A stretch of 43,207 nt of DNA from Vezdaea acicularis (taxonomy: Eukaryota), in contig JAPEUI010000129.1 in the NCBI GenBank assembly GCA_026025075.1, positions 1 through 43,207 on the forward strand, written 5' to 3'. Shown piece by piece: positions 10,836 through 24,700 of this stretch. Under the pieces are notes generated by a model. That model was not told where the DNA came from, did no database searches, and was given only the letters and a program-made list of their open reading frames with translations. Each line of letters begins with the position of its first letter. Position 1 is the stretch's first letter. Both the position numbers and the translations under genes were made by a program.

Positions 10836-11665
10836 TACACTACTTTCTCTCGCAACGTTCAAAATGTTGGGGCTGCGGGCAACCTCTTGAATTGTAACTT
10901 ACTTTGAATCTGTTGACTACCTTTTCAAGCTTTGGAGGGGGTGGAGCGCTTATGGCTCTCGCAAATCACAAAGACGTTGTCATGATCATCAAACACAAAG
11001 GAATAACGTGCACAGAATCGAGTAGCCGAGATGAGCTTTTCCATTCCAAAAGCTATCTTCGCCGTCCTCACACCACCTCACAGAAGACCGGCGAAACTCG
11101 AGCCCCACGCAAATCATCGGCCCGTCTTGCAAGAGAGTATATGTATGTGTGGGTGAGTCAGGGTCTTGAATAATATCTCTTGCACTACGCGTCGCGGGGA
11201 CGCCTCAAGATCGACTAAGGGGGGGGTATGACCGCTCCTCCACCTCGCCCTGTCGCGACGTTGCTTTCCCTCCGCCACCATGCCCTTGTTTCCCCTCGTC
11301 CCCCATTGTAAAAGCATCCTCCCTTCTGCCCTTTCCCTTCTCCCACCGACATCCTCCCCGGACCTCCTTCTTCTTCTTCTACTTCTCAGCACGCTGGAAG
11401 CCCATCCCGTGTAGCGAGAGGGCGTCGTGCGGTTCTCAAGGGGGTTGATGGAAAGACAACCCGCCCCAGACGTGGGGAACGGGTGACGCCGTTGATCAGG
11501 CGCAGATATGTAATAAGCGAGCGAAGACCAGCTTCGCCACATAGTTGGATTAAGTTGTAGGTGGGTGGTAAGATTAGCGATAGAAATCGTATCGAACAGC
11601 AAAAGGCTTCAGTCATGTGTGGGTCATTGTCGTTTCCGCATGATGTCAATGGGGGTGTTCCTTGT

Positions 11666-12424
11666 CTAGGAGGCGATGACGACGCCCTGGCGGCGCGAGG
11701 AGCGAGCGACGAACTCTTCCTCGTCCGAGGTGCAGCACTCATCGTCGGAGCCGCCGCAGCGCGAGCCGCCGCAGTCGAGCTTGACGCGGTCGCCTCGGCG
11801 GGTGATCCCGTAGCGCTCGCAGGAGCAGTTGCTGCCGTTGGAGGAAGCGCTGCTGAGGGAAGAGCCGGAGCGGGATGAGAGGCTGGAGTTGGCGGTGGAC
11901 GGGACGGAGCAGTCAGAGTCGGCGTCGGAGTCTTCCTCATCGTCGAGGGTCGCGGCGCTGAAGCGGGAAGTCAGCGTGTTGAAGTCGGCACTCTCGTCGG
12001 CGGTCTCGTAAAGGTGAGCCGTCTTATTGGGGTAGATCGGGCGTGGGTGCGCGATCTTCGAGATGCTGAGGGGTCGGCCCTTGGCGATTGACTTGGGACG
12101 CTTGGCCGTTGGGGCTGCGGCGGGGGTGGCACCGGTTGGGACATCGAGGATGTTGAGCATGCGGCCGGTAGTGGCTTCCTTGGTGGAGGACTGGGCGGGA
12201 TCGTGGGATACGTAGTATCCGTCGATGATATAGTAGTACCAGTAGCGTTGGCCCTGCTTCAAGGTCTGTCCTTGGAAGCGGAAAGTACCCTTCCAGCCAC
12301 CGTTCTTAGCGGAGTCCTTGGAGAGAGGTAGCTGCCCGGCATAATTGTCCCATGAGCCCAAAAGGTGGACGGTCTTGACATTGGGGGAGGTTCGGAGATT
12401 GAAGGCGAGTTGGATTGCTGCCAT
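11666..12424 (-). CDS. esdC: EsdC-like early sexual development protein (N-terminal AMPK-beta-type glycogen-binding domain)
   Basis: N-terminal VKTVHLLGSWDNY...QRYWYYYIIDG carbohydrate-binding module; acidic/Ser-rich middle; Cys-rich C-terminus CSCERYGITRRGDRVKLDCGGSRCG typical of EsdC. Confidence 0.85.
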   Translation of the reverse strand: MAAIQLAFNLRTSPNVKTVHLLGSWDNYAGQLPLSKDSAKNGGWKGTFRFQGQTLKQGQRYWYYYIIDGYYVSHDPAQSSTKEATTGRMLNILDVPTGATPAAAPTAKRPKSIAKGRPLSISKIAHPRPIYPNKTAHLYETADESADFNTLTSRFSAATLDDEEDSDADSDCSVPSTANSSLSSRSGSSLSSASSNGSNCSCERYGITRRGDRVKLDCGGSRCGGSDDECCTSDEEEFVARSSRRQGVVIAS

Positions 12425-15068
12425 TATTGCTAATTTTGAGTTGAAATGGTGGATTGTTGGGGAGAAATTGTTTGAACGAGCAAGTGAGCTGGATTATGAA
12501 TTTTGGTTGGTTGTAAGGGGTTTGTTGACCAGCAACGAAATTATTAAGATGAGTAAGTAAGTTGGAGTACGAAGAGCACAGCTCTTGAAAATGGACAGAA
12601 AGACGAAAAACTGAGGGACAAAAAACACAACCGGCTCGTAGATTAGAATGCTTGCTGGAGAGAGAAGAAGGTCGAAGGAGAGGCCGTGCTCTTATGCTTG
12701 GGGAAGGCTCGCGGGCCAGCTCGCCTATTCGAGGACACACCGCATGGGGCGAGAGGGGAAGGTGCAAGGCCCGGGCGCGTAGCTTGACTCCTGCCCAATC
12801 AGCACCTTAGCCGCCCGGCGGCTTGCTCAGGCGGGCTCACCGGTGCGGTCAGGCTTCGGGAGCCCGGGCCAATGGGCGCCGGGAAAAAGCCGTCGGGTCA
12901 GACTCATTCAGGTTAGCGGCGTAGTCGTCTAGCCCGCTTCGCCTTAGCGCGAGCGCTTACGTTCTCGGCTGGCAGCAAGTGCAGGCCCGCCAACAGGCCG
13001 TGATCAAGAATTACGATCAGCATCTCCACTCGCCGCCAACAAGCAGCCCCAATTGGGGCGTCTTCGCGAATACGGCCCTCACCTCGACTTCATGCGACCA
13101 GGAAGCTGCAGAGCAACGGACTCTTTCGATAGTCAGACTCTGCAGATGAGGCCGGTGATGCGACGGGGGTTCACCGAGGCCATCAATGCCTCCGCTGCAC
13201 GCTTATGCAGTGCAGAAGGTCACCGGCCGCAGCAAATCGTGTAGATCGGGCGCTTGGATGATTCCACAGCTTCGTAATGGAGGAACCACATCAATTGACG
13301 TTGATTAGGTTTGCTTTAGTTGCGAGTCGAGGCCATATTGACGACGTAAGGAGAATTTGAAGAAACCGGCCGAGGGTATGGTTCCAGCAGATGTGGTCTC
13401 TTTCACACGGCCTGCTCAAGCAAGCGCCCGGCCCTTGGTTGCGACATCTGCCTCACAGTAGTCAGTCTAGATAGGGGTTTCTCTATCTGCGATAAGTGTT
13501 GATCGTTGACAATGCTCTTGGGGGTTTTGTGTACGGATCAGTAACAATATCGTCCATCAAACATCCAAACTATCTTTAGATATCGAGATGTCTATAAATA
13601 GTTTGTTTGCTCTCGAAGCGAGAGATGCGGAAAACTGCAAAGGATTCCAAGGAATCAATGACACTATGTGACCTGAGGCCATGTTGAAGAGCTCAAATGC
13701 CCGTCGACTTGAGGCCTCAAGGACACAAGGTTTTTTCTTCCACAAAAGGGCCCCACCGGGTAGGCCGAAAAGGTTGCGGGGGGAGGAGATTGACTGATGG
13801 CGTTGTAAGCGCCCAAGCCTTTGGTGGCTTTTCTCCCTTCCAGACGATGACCTCTATTCTTGTGGCTTATTTCAGAAGTCAGAGTGCGCTACGAAAAGGC
13901 GCTGGGTCGATTCGAAGTTTGTGGGGAGGGGTGAAGTCAAATGCATGCGGTAATAATCAGACTTCTTGATGGTGAACGCGATGCCCAAGCATGTCAAAGT
14001 TTCGCTTGGTTGTGAGCTGCAACATCGTATAATGTGCTGTCACCCAGTCTCGCGGTTTTTGGTGGAGCTGAAAATCTTCAAGAAGGCTATCTCGGATGCG
14101 TATGATGATATAAGGCCTGCAAGCCGCAAGCTTGCGCGACATTAAAACAACTCCTCATAGAACATTTAGCCTTTCAGCACCGTTCTACCTAAATCCAAGG
14201 CTCTGACTTCATGCGGTGAAGTCTTATTGCCTTCTTGGGCGTAGACAGCAGTAGTATTCAATAATGGAGATGTAGAAAAATCCTCAAATAATCTTAAAGC
14301 TTCTTGAGAGAGCGAATATAACAGCAGACTGAAGTGAATCGCCATAATGATGGATGAGGTTGAACAATCGCCACGCGGAAATTCACGTGGAGCGAGCCCG
14401 CGAACTTTGAAACCAGGTACATTTGCACCGCCTCCATGAACCAACTAGGAACCACACCGCAACGTCATTAGTGGCCATCCAAGCTGCTCTTTCGAGCCAC
14501 TGGGTGCCCCTATGCTGCGCCTCCAAACGTAGAACTCGAGGGGACGGATTTATCGAAGAAACGTTCCTGGAGTGAGGGGGGTTAAAGAGAGGTGTTTGCA
14601 CAGGTGCAAGTACATATATGCACACTGGCCACCGCAGATTCAGCAAGCCTTACAAGTTAGCAAGCCTTGTAAAATACGTAGCGAGGGTTTATTGCGACAG
14701 ATATGGTCTAGTTCCTGGCAGGGCGGGCGAAGTTTGACTTGACTGGACCCTGGGATCCCACAAAGCCTTGTTCAAGCGGGCACTTCTTAGCTGACGAACT
14801 GCGTTTGGTGCCACCGCGAATCCCACCATACAGGACCGAAGTGTGACGCAGGTCTACCACCACCCAAGTCCCGAACCTTCTATCACCCTAGCTTTTCCTC
14901 ACATATACGAGGCAACCCGATCTCTATACTACACTCAAGTTCAAGACTTTATTTTTTAGCCAAATCACACCGTCGCGCACTATCTTATACGACCATCTGC
15001 GATCGAGGGAAACGTCATCAGGCTCTTGCCGCCTTCTCCCCTCATCGAGAGACCGACAAGACGCAAAT

Positions 15069-17152
15069 ATGGAGGCTTCTAACATCAGGCGGCGAGATAC
15101 TACGAAAGGCCCGCCTTGTCGCGTGCTATCCCTAGGTATGGTTCACTTTCAGACCTTGAGATCCCAAGTACTCAACTGACCATGATGCGTAGATGGCGGA
15201 GGCGTACGCGGCTACTCGATCTTCATCCTACTACAAGAGCTTATGCACAGGACATTCGTTGAGATAGAAGGCAGAGCACCTAAGCCGGGCGAACTGCCAA
15301 AACCATGCGACCACTTCGACCTCATCGCAGGGACTGGGACTGGAGGATTAATCGCGATTATGCTTGGGCGCTTAAGGCTGGACCTGGAAACCTGCAAGCA
15401 AGTGTATATAAGGATGACTCGAAAAGTTTTCATCACGGACAAGACTATCGGCGGAATCCCTTACACGAAGACACTGTTCAAAGCATCGAAGCTGGAAGAG
15501 GCAATAAAAGAATGCGTTCGAGAGCATACCATCTCTGAAGACGAGGGAAACGACGGATCAACATCACTACCTGAGCAACAAAACTATGCGCCTTCGACGC
15601 CGATGAGTAACAGAAGTAGCAGCATCTCGCTTCCCCAGCGGACATTGAGTCGGGCGAGCAACGTGAGCGGCTTTACACCGTCTTATCAACCATCTCTGGC
15701 TGCATGGCGGTGGGGCAATCCAAATGCCTTTCTATACGACTTACGAGAAAATCGGACGAAAACGTGAGTTGATTTGCCCTCCACTCAGCATTTATGATCA
15801 TTAGCTAAACCTTCAATAGAGCTGTGACAGCAGTCTACAAGGGTACCCCAAAGAACGGCAACCCTGCACTCCTCCGTTCTTATGATTCGAGGAAAGAGCC
15901 ATCTCCGGAAGTCAACTGCACAATCTGGCAAGCTGGACGCGCAACATCTGCCACCGGTCTTGCGTTCAAACCCATCCAGATCGGCCAATCTATCTTCATC
16001 GATGAAGGTGCCGGCAAATATAACCCCGCGCCCCACATCCTCGATGAGGCCGCCATAAACGAGTGGCCGGGTCGCGACATTGGCGTGTTTGTCAGTATCG
16101 GCACGGGCAGACGGCCTAAAGAGCCAGCAGCGCAGCAAACACTCTGGTGGGAAAGCTTCGTCGCTGGCGGCATGGGCGACTTCGCTGAAGCGCGTCGACG
16201 CCTGATCTCCAAAATCGAGGGCTGTGAGGAAACACATCAATACATGCTGAAGGAGCACTTAGCAAAACGTGGAGTCAACCCTGCAAACTACTACCGCATC
16301 AACGTCGATGTCGGCGTTGGCGACTATGGCATGAACGAATGGAATGCTCTTGCAGACATCAGCACCAGCACGCACCGCTACTTGGCCAAAAACGAGGTTC
16401 AACGCATCTATGTCGACTGTGCCACCAAGATGGGCCGCATTCACAAGGCGCGCATGCGGCACCCGAACTTCAACGGTAGCGCACAACCTTATAATGACCG
16501 TCCCCTTCCTAGCGTCCCGGCCCCACAAGGCATGGCTATTGAGCTCCCAGGCGAAGACCTCCTCAACCGTCCGTCCACCCTGATCCCTCGGCCACCTCGA
16601 TACCCCGGCACCTATGACGATCAGGACAAGTACAGTGTCGAGCCCTTTAGCACAGAAGAAAAATACACCGTCTTCTCCCCTGACACCCCCTCGACTCCGC
16701 CCGACACCGAGAAATACACCGTCCTTCCCCCCGATGAATACCCACCAGCCATCCCCGGCCCTCCTCCTGGCTCCGCTCCGCAATCCAAACTCTCCAACCC
16801 CCCACCCCTCCCCCGCCGCTCCAATGAGTTAGCCGCCACCTCACGGCCCCCTTCCGCCCGTCCCTCTGGCGAATACAGCGCCTACGCCCCGCCCCGCAGC
16901 AGCGCCAGTTCCCTCCATAACGAGCGCCGTAACTCACCGCGCCGCAGCGGCGAGAACGTCAACAAGGATTCCTACAACGGCGGCCCCATCACGCCTCCGC
17001 CTAGACCGCCTAAGACGCCTCTACCCTATCCCGAGGACACTGATCCGCGCAGTGTCGTGCAGGGAAGAGTCGCAGCGAGGCCGCCGTACCCGGATGAGGA
17101 CGGACCGCCGCCTGTAGTGGATAGAGCCCGGAAGCCGACTTATGGACGATAA
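15069..17152 (+). CDS. Patatin-like phospholipase-domain protein with Pro-rich tail (exons 15069-15135, 15193-15763, 15820-17152)
   Basis: Splicing rebuilds RVLSLDGGGVRG; also FDLIAGTGTGG, IWQAGRATSA and FIDEG. Introns are GTATGG..TAG and GTGAGT..TAG with branch motifs. Confidence 0.9.
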
Positions 17153-17978
17153 GCATAATTGGGGTTTGGGGTTTAGGGTAAGGGTTTGGGCTACGAAATC
17201 TCTCGTCAAAATAAGCGCTTGGGAATGATAGTCATGGTTTTTTGGGGTGCTCTCTTGTAGAGCTGGCGTTTTCCTCGTGGATATTTCTTTTCCTGGGGTT
17301 GCGTAATGTTCTGATTCCCCAGTCATTTAATCCTTATCTCTGCGGAACGGCATGCTCTATATCTCTCCCCCTTCGCCTTTTCAGAGGTGTGTATGGCGTA
17401 CGTGGCAATGAGTAGTGTTTAGTGGAGATATACGATTGATGTAGTGTACGGCAACCAAAGCTACCTATATTTAATGACCTACAGACTAGTAACCAACCTC
17501 CCTTTTGCCTCCCCTACCCTTCCATATCCTCCTACAAGACGACCGCGTACCTCTCTTCAGCCATATACCCCGTACATGCGAGAACTAGCACCATTGACAC
17601 AACTCTCAGTCCATGAATCTACAATTAAGTCAGACAACCTAGGCCAAACCGAAAGCTTTCGCAGAGGAGAAGGCGGTTTAACAATGCGGATAGCAGGGGT
17701 TCAGAAGCGTTGAGAAGATTGTTTGTAGTTGCTGGTGTTTGTAGGCATGGCAGGGAAACGGCTCGGTGAGGAGGTTCCGTGCTACTCTGGCCCCAGCTGG
17801 TTCATCATTTGGGGAGTAGGGTTATAGAGGGCGTGGAGATGTATGAAGAGAGGGGTATCCTTACCTAGGCAGGCTGGTCGATGTACGTTTCTAAATCGGA
17901 TCCCTCCTCCCAACAACACCAGAGACAGAACTGATGAAGCATTCCTCAATCAAGACTTAACCGCCGACCCGCCGCGAT

Positions 17979-18927
17979 TCACTCCGGTCTAAATGCCTTC
18001 CTCCGCCCTCTCTTCATCTCAAGAACCCTCAACTTATCCAGCTCGAACTTCCGCAACAATTCCTTCTCGCCCTCCTTGCGCTGCTCGCGCAACTGCCAGC
18101 GGTAGAAATTCTTCAACTCGCCCTTACCCTTCCGCTGCTCCTGCTTCTCCGCCGCGCGCTGCGCGTCCTCGAGTCTCGCAGGACCCGTCCGCCCACCGCG
18201 AGTAACGGTGATGAAGCCTTCTTCGTCGGGCACTTCGCGCTGCTTGGCTGCTTTGCGCGCGCGAGCCGCTTCCTCGGCCGCGTAGTTCGTCATGAAGGTG
18301 TCGACGGCGGATTGGAGTGCTGAGTGTGGTGGGTACCGCAGTTGATGGTGCAGCTGGTAGCCTGGTAACACGTCAGTAATTGTTCTCGTGTAGTTCTTCG
18401 TGGCAAGAGGATCTCTCACGAGCGGAGCCTAATGGCTCTTGTTCCTCCATCCCCTCGCCCCATCCCACGGCTCCGCCCTTCAGGCTTTTGACAGTCTTCA
18501 GCACCCTCCACGCTCCCTTCTCCTCCGCAAATACAACCAGCGCCGTACTGCCACTCGCATGGAGATCTCGGTCCCACACATCAGGCAGCTCCGCCCTGCC
18601 CGCCTGGCCCCGCTTGCGCTTCTTTCCCGCGACGGCGGGCGCAATGGCGGGTTTTTTCCGGCTGCGCTGGCCCTCAAATTTTACGCTCTCGACGGCGCCA
18701 GCTTCGAGCTGCGTCTCGAAGAGGTGCTTGAAGTGCTCTTCTGTCGCGTCGATGGGGACGTTGACGAGGAAGAGGACGCGGGCGTCGTCGGCTGTGGGGA
18801 CTTTGGGGGCATGTTGTCGGAGGTAGAGGTAGTGCGTGGCGGGCTTGGGATAGGCAGGTAGAGTAGGAAGAGAGAGGGCGAGTACGAGGTAGTCACCGAT
18901 TGAAGTTGGGATTTCTTCGTCGGCCAT
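17979..18927 (-). CDS. RRP7: Ribosomal RNA-processing protein Rrp7 (exons 18927-18420, 18361-17979)
   Basis: RRM-like RVLFLVNVPIDATEEH; C-terminal Rrp7 motifs PDEEGFITVTRGGR and LKNFYRWQLRE; 58-nt intron GTGAGA..CAG keeps the frame. Confidence 0.9.
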
Positions 18928-19195
18928 TTTTTTTGAGATGTTTGGTGGTGCAGAGCAAAATTGAAAGATGAACATTTTGAAAAAGTTTCGCCAAGACTTT
19001 CTATGGCGGCGGCAAGCTACATTTACAAGACTCCACTGGCACATTGCATACAACGAAACTAACGAGGCTAAGCACGGCGATGTTTCTCCCATCGCCCAAG
19101 AATTCCTCTGTGGTATACACCTAGATCCTGGAACCTGAACGCCAAGGTCCCTCATACGCTATATATTAAGACAGTATCAAAGTCATATGAGTCCT

Positions 19196-21176
19196 CTATC
19201 CGGCATTCATCAACGTTTCCAATTCCTGGGCACTCAGTGTGCTACGCCTCCTGTTCTTTCTCTTCGTTGCTGCACTCGTTGGTGCTGCCCTAGTCTTACT
19301 GACGCCAGTTCCTGTTCTCGCCTTTCGGGCCTGGGAGGCTGCTGCTAAGTCAGCACGTCGTTTGCTTCGAGCGGTCTCTGCGGCTTCAGCTTCTCTTTTG
19401 GCGGCGCTAAGCTTTTTCTCAATCGATCTTGACGAGGCGGGTGATACACGCTTATTCGATCTTGACCGGTTTTGGGAGGTGGATGTGAAGGAGGGGTTTG
19501 GGGGCTGGTTCTATTGCATGGTCAGCTTATACCCCAAAGGAAATCATGAGCCACATGTCAGCCTACCTGGCGAGGTATCCTACTATCTGTAGCTTTCCGA
19601 CCTTTCTGTGCCTTTAAAGTATCTTCATTTGGTTTCACATCAGAAACCTGCAGGAGCGCAATTTCATCGTCCCCGTCCTCCTCTTCGCCCCGTTCCTCCC
19701 GAGAGGGGCTTTCTTCCGTTATTGCGCTAAAGTTGTTTCCGTTGTGTCGATCCGATTTGCTGTTAACGTGTATCTCGGCCAAGACATTCCCGTCAGGTAA
19801 TAGGCCAGTACCTAAGGCGGGCTCATCATCTGCGGACGGGTCTTCGTAGACATCATCTAAAGTAGCATGATCAGGCTCGGGCATTGGCGCATCTTCCTCG
19901 GAGTCAAAATTGACGTCTAACTGGTCATCTGACTCCATCTCATGCCCGTCGCCCAACTCCATCTTCTGCTCGTCCTTGCTTTTGCCTTGGAAAGGAGGCG
20001 CGCCAGCAACACTTGCAGAAAACCCCATTCCTAGTCCCAAGCCTACTTTAAGCTCCTCGAGGTTTATACTACTCCCATTTCTTGCAATCTTCTTTCGCCA
20101 GTGGTCCATCATCTGCACCGCCTCCCTCCACCGCCCTTCCATCTTCTCCCAGCCTTCTCGTAGTCGAAGAATCTCTTCTTCTCGGACTTCGACCTCGTCA
20201 ATGGGAACGAATGAAGGGTTCGTAAGCAGTGTTCGCAAATGCTCAAGCAGCTCGTGCATATCCGAGGCGAGGGTCTCGTACGAAGTTGGCAGCGCAAGCA
20301 GAAGATTCGAGCTCGTGTCGTCGCATTGTACAATGATCCCGGCCTCTTCTTCGCCATTTTGTTGGGCAATAGCTGGAAGGCCTTGTAGCTCTCGCAGAGT
20401 ATCCAGTGTTGTCCGTAGTAACCCAATCAGATTATCGTTCTCATCGCTAAGACCTTGACTCAATGTTGTGAGAAATTCCGTAGTTTCTTGCTTGAGGCTG
20501 TACTCTGGGCTGTCCAAGCCTATGCCACCATGGAGCTCGCCTCTTTGGTCGTGCGCTCTGGAGCCATTCACGGTTGATGGTGTAATTGTGATTGCTGAAG
20601 TTGTCGTTGCAGGCCGCGTCCCTCTCTGCTGATTTGATATATGGCTCTTCAGCCTCTGGATCTGTACGTCGCGTTTTCGAATGTCATTCGCGCATTGCGT
20701 CCTTACTTGCTGAAGCATAGTCTTGAGCCTAAACATCTCCTCCCGCAATCCACGGTTTGCTGTCTCCGCTGTTCGCAGTGTAGCGCGGAAAGCACGTTCT
20801 TGGCCTTGAGCGATTGAAAGATTGCGCTGAGAGTCTTCAAGTCGGATCTGCAACCGGGATATCTCGATATTTGTTCGCGTTTCCGCGCTTCGAAGCGTTC
20901 GGATTGCTTCCGCAAAGTTCTCACGCTGGGTGGCTTCGCGCTGAGTAGAGAATTAGTATGGCTACAAGGCCCAAGTTACAAGAATAGATCCCTCACATCC
21001 CCGCGGAGAACCATGTCATGTACTAGATTGATGACCCTGGACATCGTTCCCTCGGTCCCCCCTTCGCCATGATCAGGCTTCGCGAAGTCAATAGCTTTGC
21101 CATTGCGCAAAAGACCCCGCGAGAGAAGGAGGTTGTTGATATATAGAGAAGCAGTATGCAAATTCTGCGACTCCAT
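19196..21176 (-). CDS. tinA: Afadin/alpha-actinin-binding (ADIP) coiled-coil protein, TinA/Msd1-like (exons 21176-20997, 20940-19567, 19510-19196)
   Basis: N-terminus ASLYINNLLLSRGLL; coiled coil ...RTQCANDIRKRD; PSFVPIDEVEVREEEI; C-terminal RRRSTLSAQELETL. Both introns are phase 0. Confidence 0.75.
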
Positions 21177-21735
21177 GCTGGTTGCGAAAAGAGCCTGCAA
21201 GAATTGGTGATTGATTGAGCTTTGTCTATCGCGATATCGAAAGTCGATGTTTAAGCGAAAGTAAACAAAGAGTCTGCCAAGACTTCATGCTTACCGACGC
21301 TTGCCGAGGCGGACAGAGCTTGAGAGGTCATGGCGGGGCCACCAATAACCTTAGGCTTATGGAAGCTTCCATAAGCACAGACATGTTCATGCAATATTGA
21401 TGTGAGGAGTTAGAACCTAAACCAATTCTTCCCAAATTGTGATCACCTTAGAGCCCCAAACTTTCCCTCCTCCGTTTTATTCCATGGCAACTACTGCTGC
21501 AGTAGATGCAGGCGTTGCGTCATACCCCGTTCATCAGATTTCCCTTTTATTTCTCCTGTTGATTGATTGAACTCTTCTAAGGCCATCCATTTGTCTTACA
21601 CTTCGTACGATATATAATTACAAGTCACTCATAAGACAACAACGGTCTTTAGCCTATGATTTATATTACTCTACAGCGATTTACCGGCTCTCATGGTTTA
21701 GGAGGTCTTTGCACGTTGATACAATAATTTCAAAC

Positions 21736-24700
21736 ATGGCATCACTACGGGATAGTGCTGTGAAGATTGCCATAGATGTGAGAAAACAGACCAAGGAATA
21801 GACGCGTATTGAAATTTGCTAACATCATGCAAGCGAGGGGGAACATTTACGGACTGTGTGGGAAACCCGGGCACTGGGAAGATGGAGGATGACATAGTCA
21901 TCAAACTCCTTTCCGAAGATCCCTCAAACTACGAAGATGCTCCTCTAGAAGGTATCCGTCGCCTGCTATCGAAATTTTTCGGACGAGAGATTCCAAGAGG
22001 CGAGCCCCTGAATACGTCCAAAATAGAAACTATCCGGATGGGGACCACAGTCGCAACTAATGCTTTGCTGGAACGAAAGGGCGAGAGAATTGCTATGGTG
22101 GTCACTCGTGGGTTCAAGGATTGTCTAGAGATCGGAAATCAAGCTCGGCCGCGTATTTTCGATTTAGCCATTCGGAAACCGGAGGTTCTGTATAAGAACG
22201 TTATTGAAATTGACGAGCGAGTCACTCTAGAAGACTACGCAGAGGACCCTGAAAGATATATTACTTCAAGTGAGCCCCGGAGTAGAGCAGATAAGGACTC
22301 TGAGTTAGTCCAAGGCCTTTCTGGAGAAGCTATCCGGATCTTGGAGAAGCCTTCGGAAGATAAGATAAAATCTCAGCTCCAAGCTTTGCTTGATGACGGA
22401 TACAAAAGTATTGCTGTATGTTTAATGCACGGGTACACCTTCCCGGACCATGAGGCTCTTGTCGGCCGTATTGCGAGAGAACTTGGATTCGAGCATATCA
22501 GCTTAAGTCATGAACTAATGCCGATGATCAAGCTTGTTCCGAGAGCCACTTCCGCATGTGCTGACGCGTACTTGACCCCAACCATCAAGAAGTATATCTC
22601 CGGCTTTCAAGCTGGCTTTGAAGGGGGCCTAGGAACTGAAAGTGTGAAAAAGGAAGGTAGCAACGGCGCAAGATGTGAATTTATGCAATCTGACGGAGGT
22701 CTCGTTGACGTTGAAAAGTTTTCTGGACTACGAGCGATCCTGTCTGGCCCCGCTGGAGGCGTAGTTGGATACGCACTTACATCTTACGACCCCCAAACCA
22801 AGACGCCAGTCATAGGGTTTGACATGGGCGGCACAAGCACTGATGTTAGCCGTTACGGTTCTGGCAGATATGAGCATGTTTTTGAGACCACTACGGCCGG
22901 TGTAACTATCCAGTCTCCCCAACTTGATATCAATACGGTTGCTGCAGGTGGAGGCTCCCAACTTTTCTTCCGCAATGGACTCTTCGTAGTAGGCCCTGAA
23001 TCTGCTGGAGCCCACCCAGGTCCAGCTTGCTACCGGAAAGGTGGGCCTCTTACAGTCACAGATGCAAATCTTCTTCTAGGAAGGCTTTTACCAGACTTCT
23101 TTCCAAAGATCTTTGGTAAAAGTGAGAAGGAGGGGTTGGACAAGGAAGCTAGTAGAAAACTGTTTGATGATTTGACGGACCATATCAACAAGGAAGTAGC
23201 ACAGGGTTCTGAAGAAAAGAAGATGAGTGTCGATGAGGTCGCCTACGGTTTCATCAAGATCGCCAACGAAACGATGACCCGGCCAATTCGATCTTTGACA
23301 GAGGCAAAGGGCTACGACACATCTCATCACAGGCTTGCCACATTTGGTGGGGCTGGTGGACAGCATGCAGTGGCAATTGCAGAAAGCTTAGGTATTCGAC
23401 AGATTCTGGTCCACCGTTACTCCTCAGTTCTTTCGGCGTACGGAATGGCGCTTGCAGACGTGGTAGACGAGAGACAAGTTCCCGAATCGAAGGTCTGGTC
23501 AGATGAAGAAGGCGTCAAGAAAGAACTGAAAGCAAAGATGGAAGATCTCAAGGTGAAGTGTACCGAGACACTGCAAGCGCAGGGTTTCACCAAGGATTCT
23601 ATCGCTTTCGAGGAGTATCTCAACATGAGGTACAGAGGGACCGAGTCTGCCCTCATGGTCATCAAACCGGATGAGGAAAGCGCTAAGCGCAACTTCCACG
23701 GCGAAGAATGGGCATTTGGTAAAGCTTTTGTTAGGCAACATGAGCAAGAGTTTGGCTTTACTCTCCCTGATAGGGACATAATCGTTGATGACGTCCGAGT
23801 CAGAGGTATTGGTAAAAGCTTTGGAGGTCTCGAGGAGACGGTCGACCAACAACTCAAGAAGATAAAACCGAAGGACGTCAGTTCCGTTCAAAAGAGTCAT
23901 AGCCTAGAGAGTGTATACTTTGAAGGCGGGAGACGCGATACACCTATTTTCCAGCTCGAGAAGCTAGAGGTTGGCGATCGAATACAGGGCCCGACCATAA
24001 TTGCAGATGGGACACAAACGATAGTGATACCACCTGGATCATCGGCCTTGGTAATCAAGACGCATGTTGTAATCAACATTGGCGGAGAGGAAACGCATGA
24101 ACGAAAGGTAAACGCCAAAGACGTTGACCCAATTATGCTTAGCATATTCGCCCATCGCTTTATGGCTATCGCAGAACAGATGGGAAGGGCTCTCCAGAAG
24201 ACAAGCGTTAGCACCAATGTCAAGGAAAGGCTCGATTATTCATGTGCCCTGTTCGATGCGAATGGTGGCCTTGTTGCCAACGGTAAGTGTGCTGGGATAG
24301 AGGCATTAGTGACATGGGCTGACCACTTCTACAGCTCCGCATCTTCCGGTGCATTTAGGTAGCATGTCGACGTGCGTCAGAAAACAAGCGGAGATATGGA
24401 AAGGAAAGCTCAGTAAAGGCGACGTCGTGGTGTCAAACCACCCTGAATTTGGCGGGACCCATCTCCCCGATATCACGGTGGTCACACCTGCATTTAGCGG
24501 AGACAAGATTGTTTTCTATGTTGCGTCTCGGGCACATCATGCTGATATTGGCGGAATACTACCGGGGTCAATGCCGCCACACTCCCATGAGCTCTATGAA
24601 GAAGGAGCCACCATCAAATCGGAAAAGCTGGTTTCAAAAGGAAATTTCAACGAAAAGAGAATCACAGAGCTGCTACATTCGGAACCTGCCAAGTTTCCAG

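Noticed and set aside
11114..11940. Overlapping alternative-frame and antisense ORFs over esdC (similar ones over patatin, OXP1, wee1, VAC7)
   Set aside because: Shadow ORFs caused by GC-rich codon bias of the real genes.
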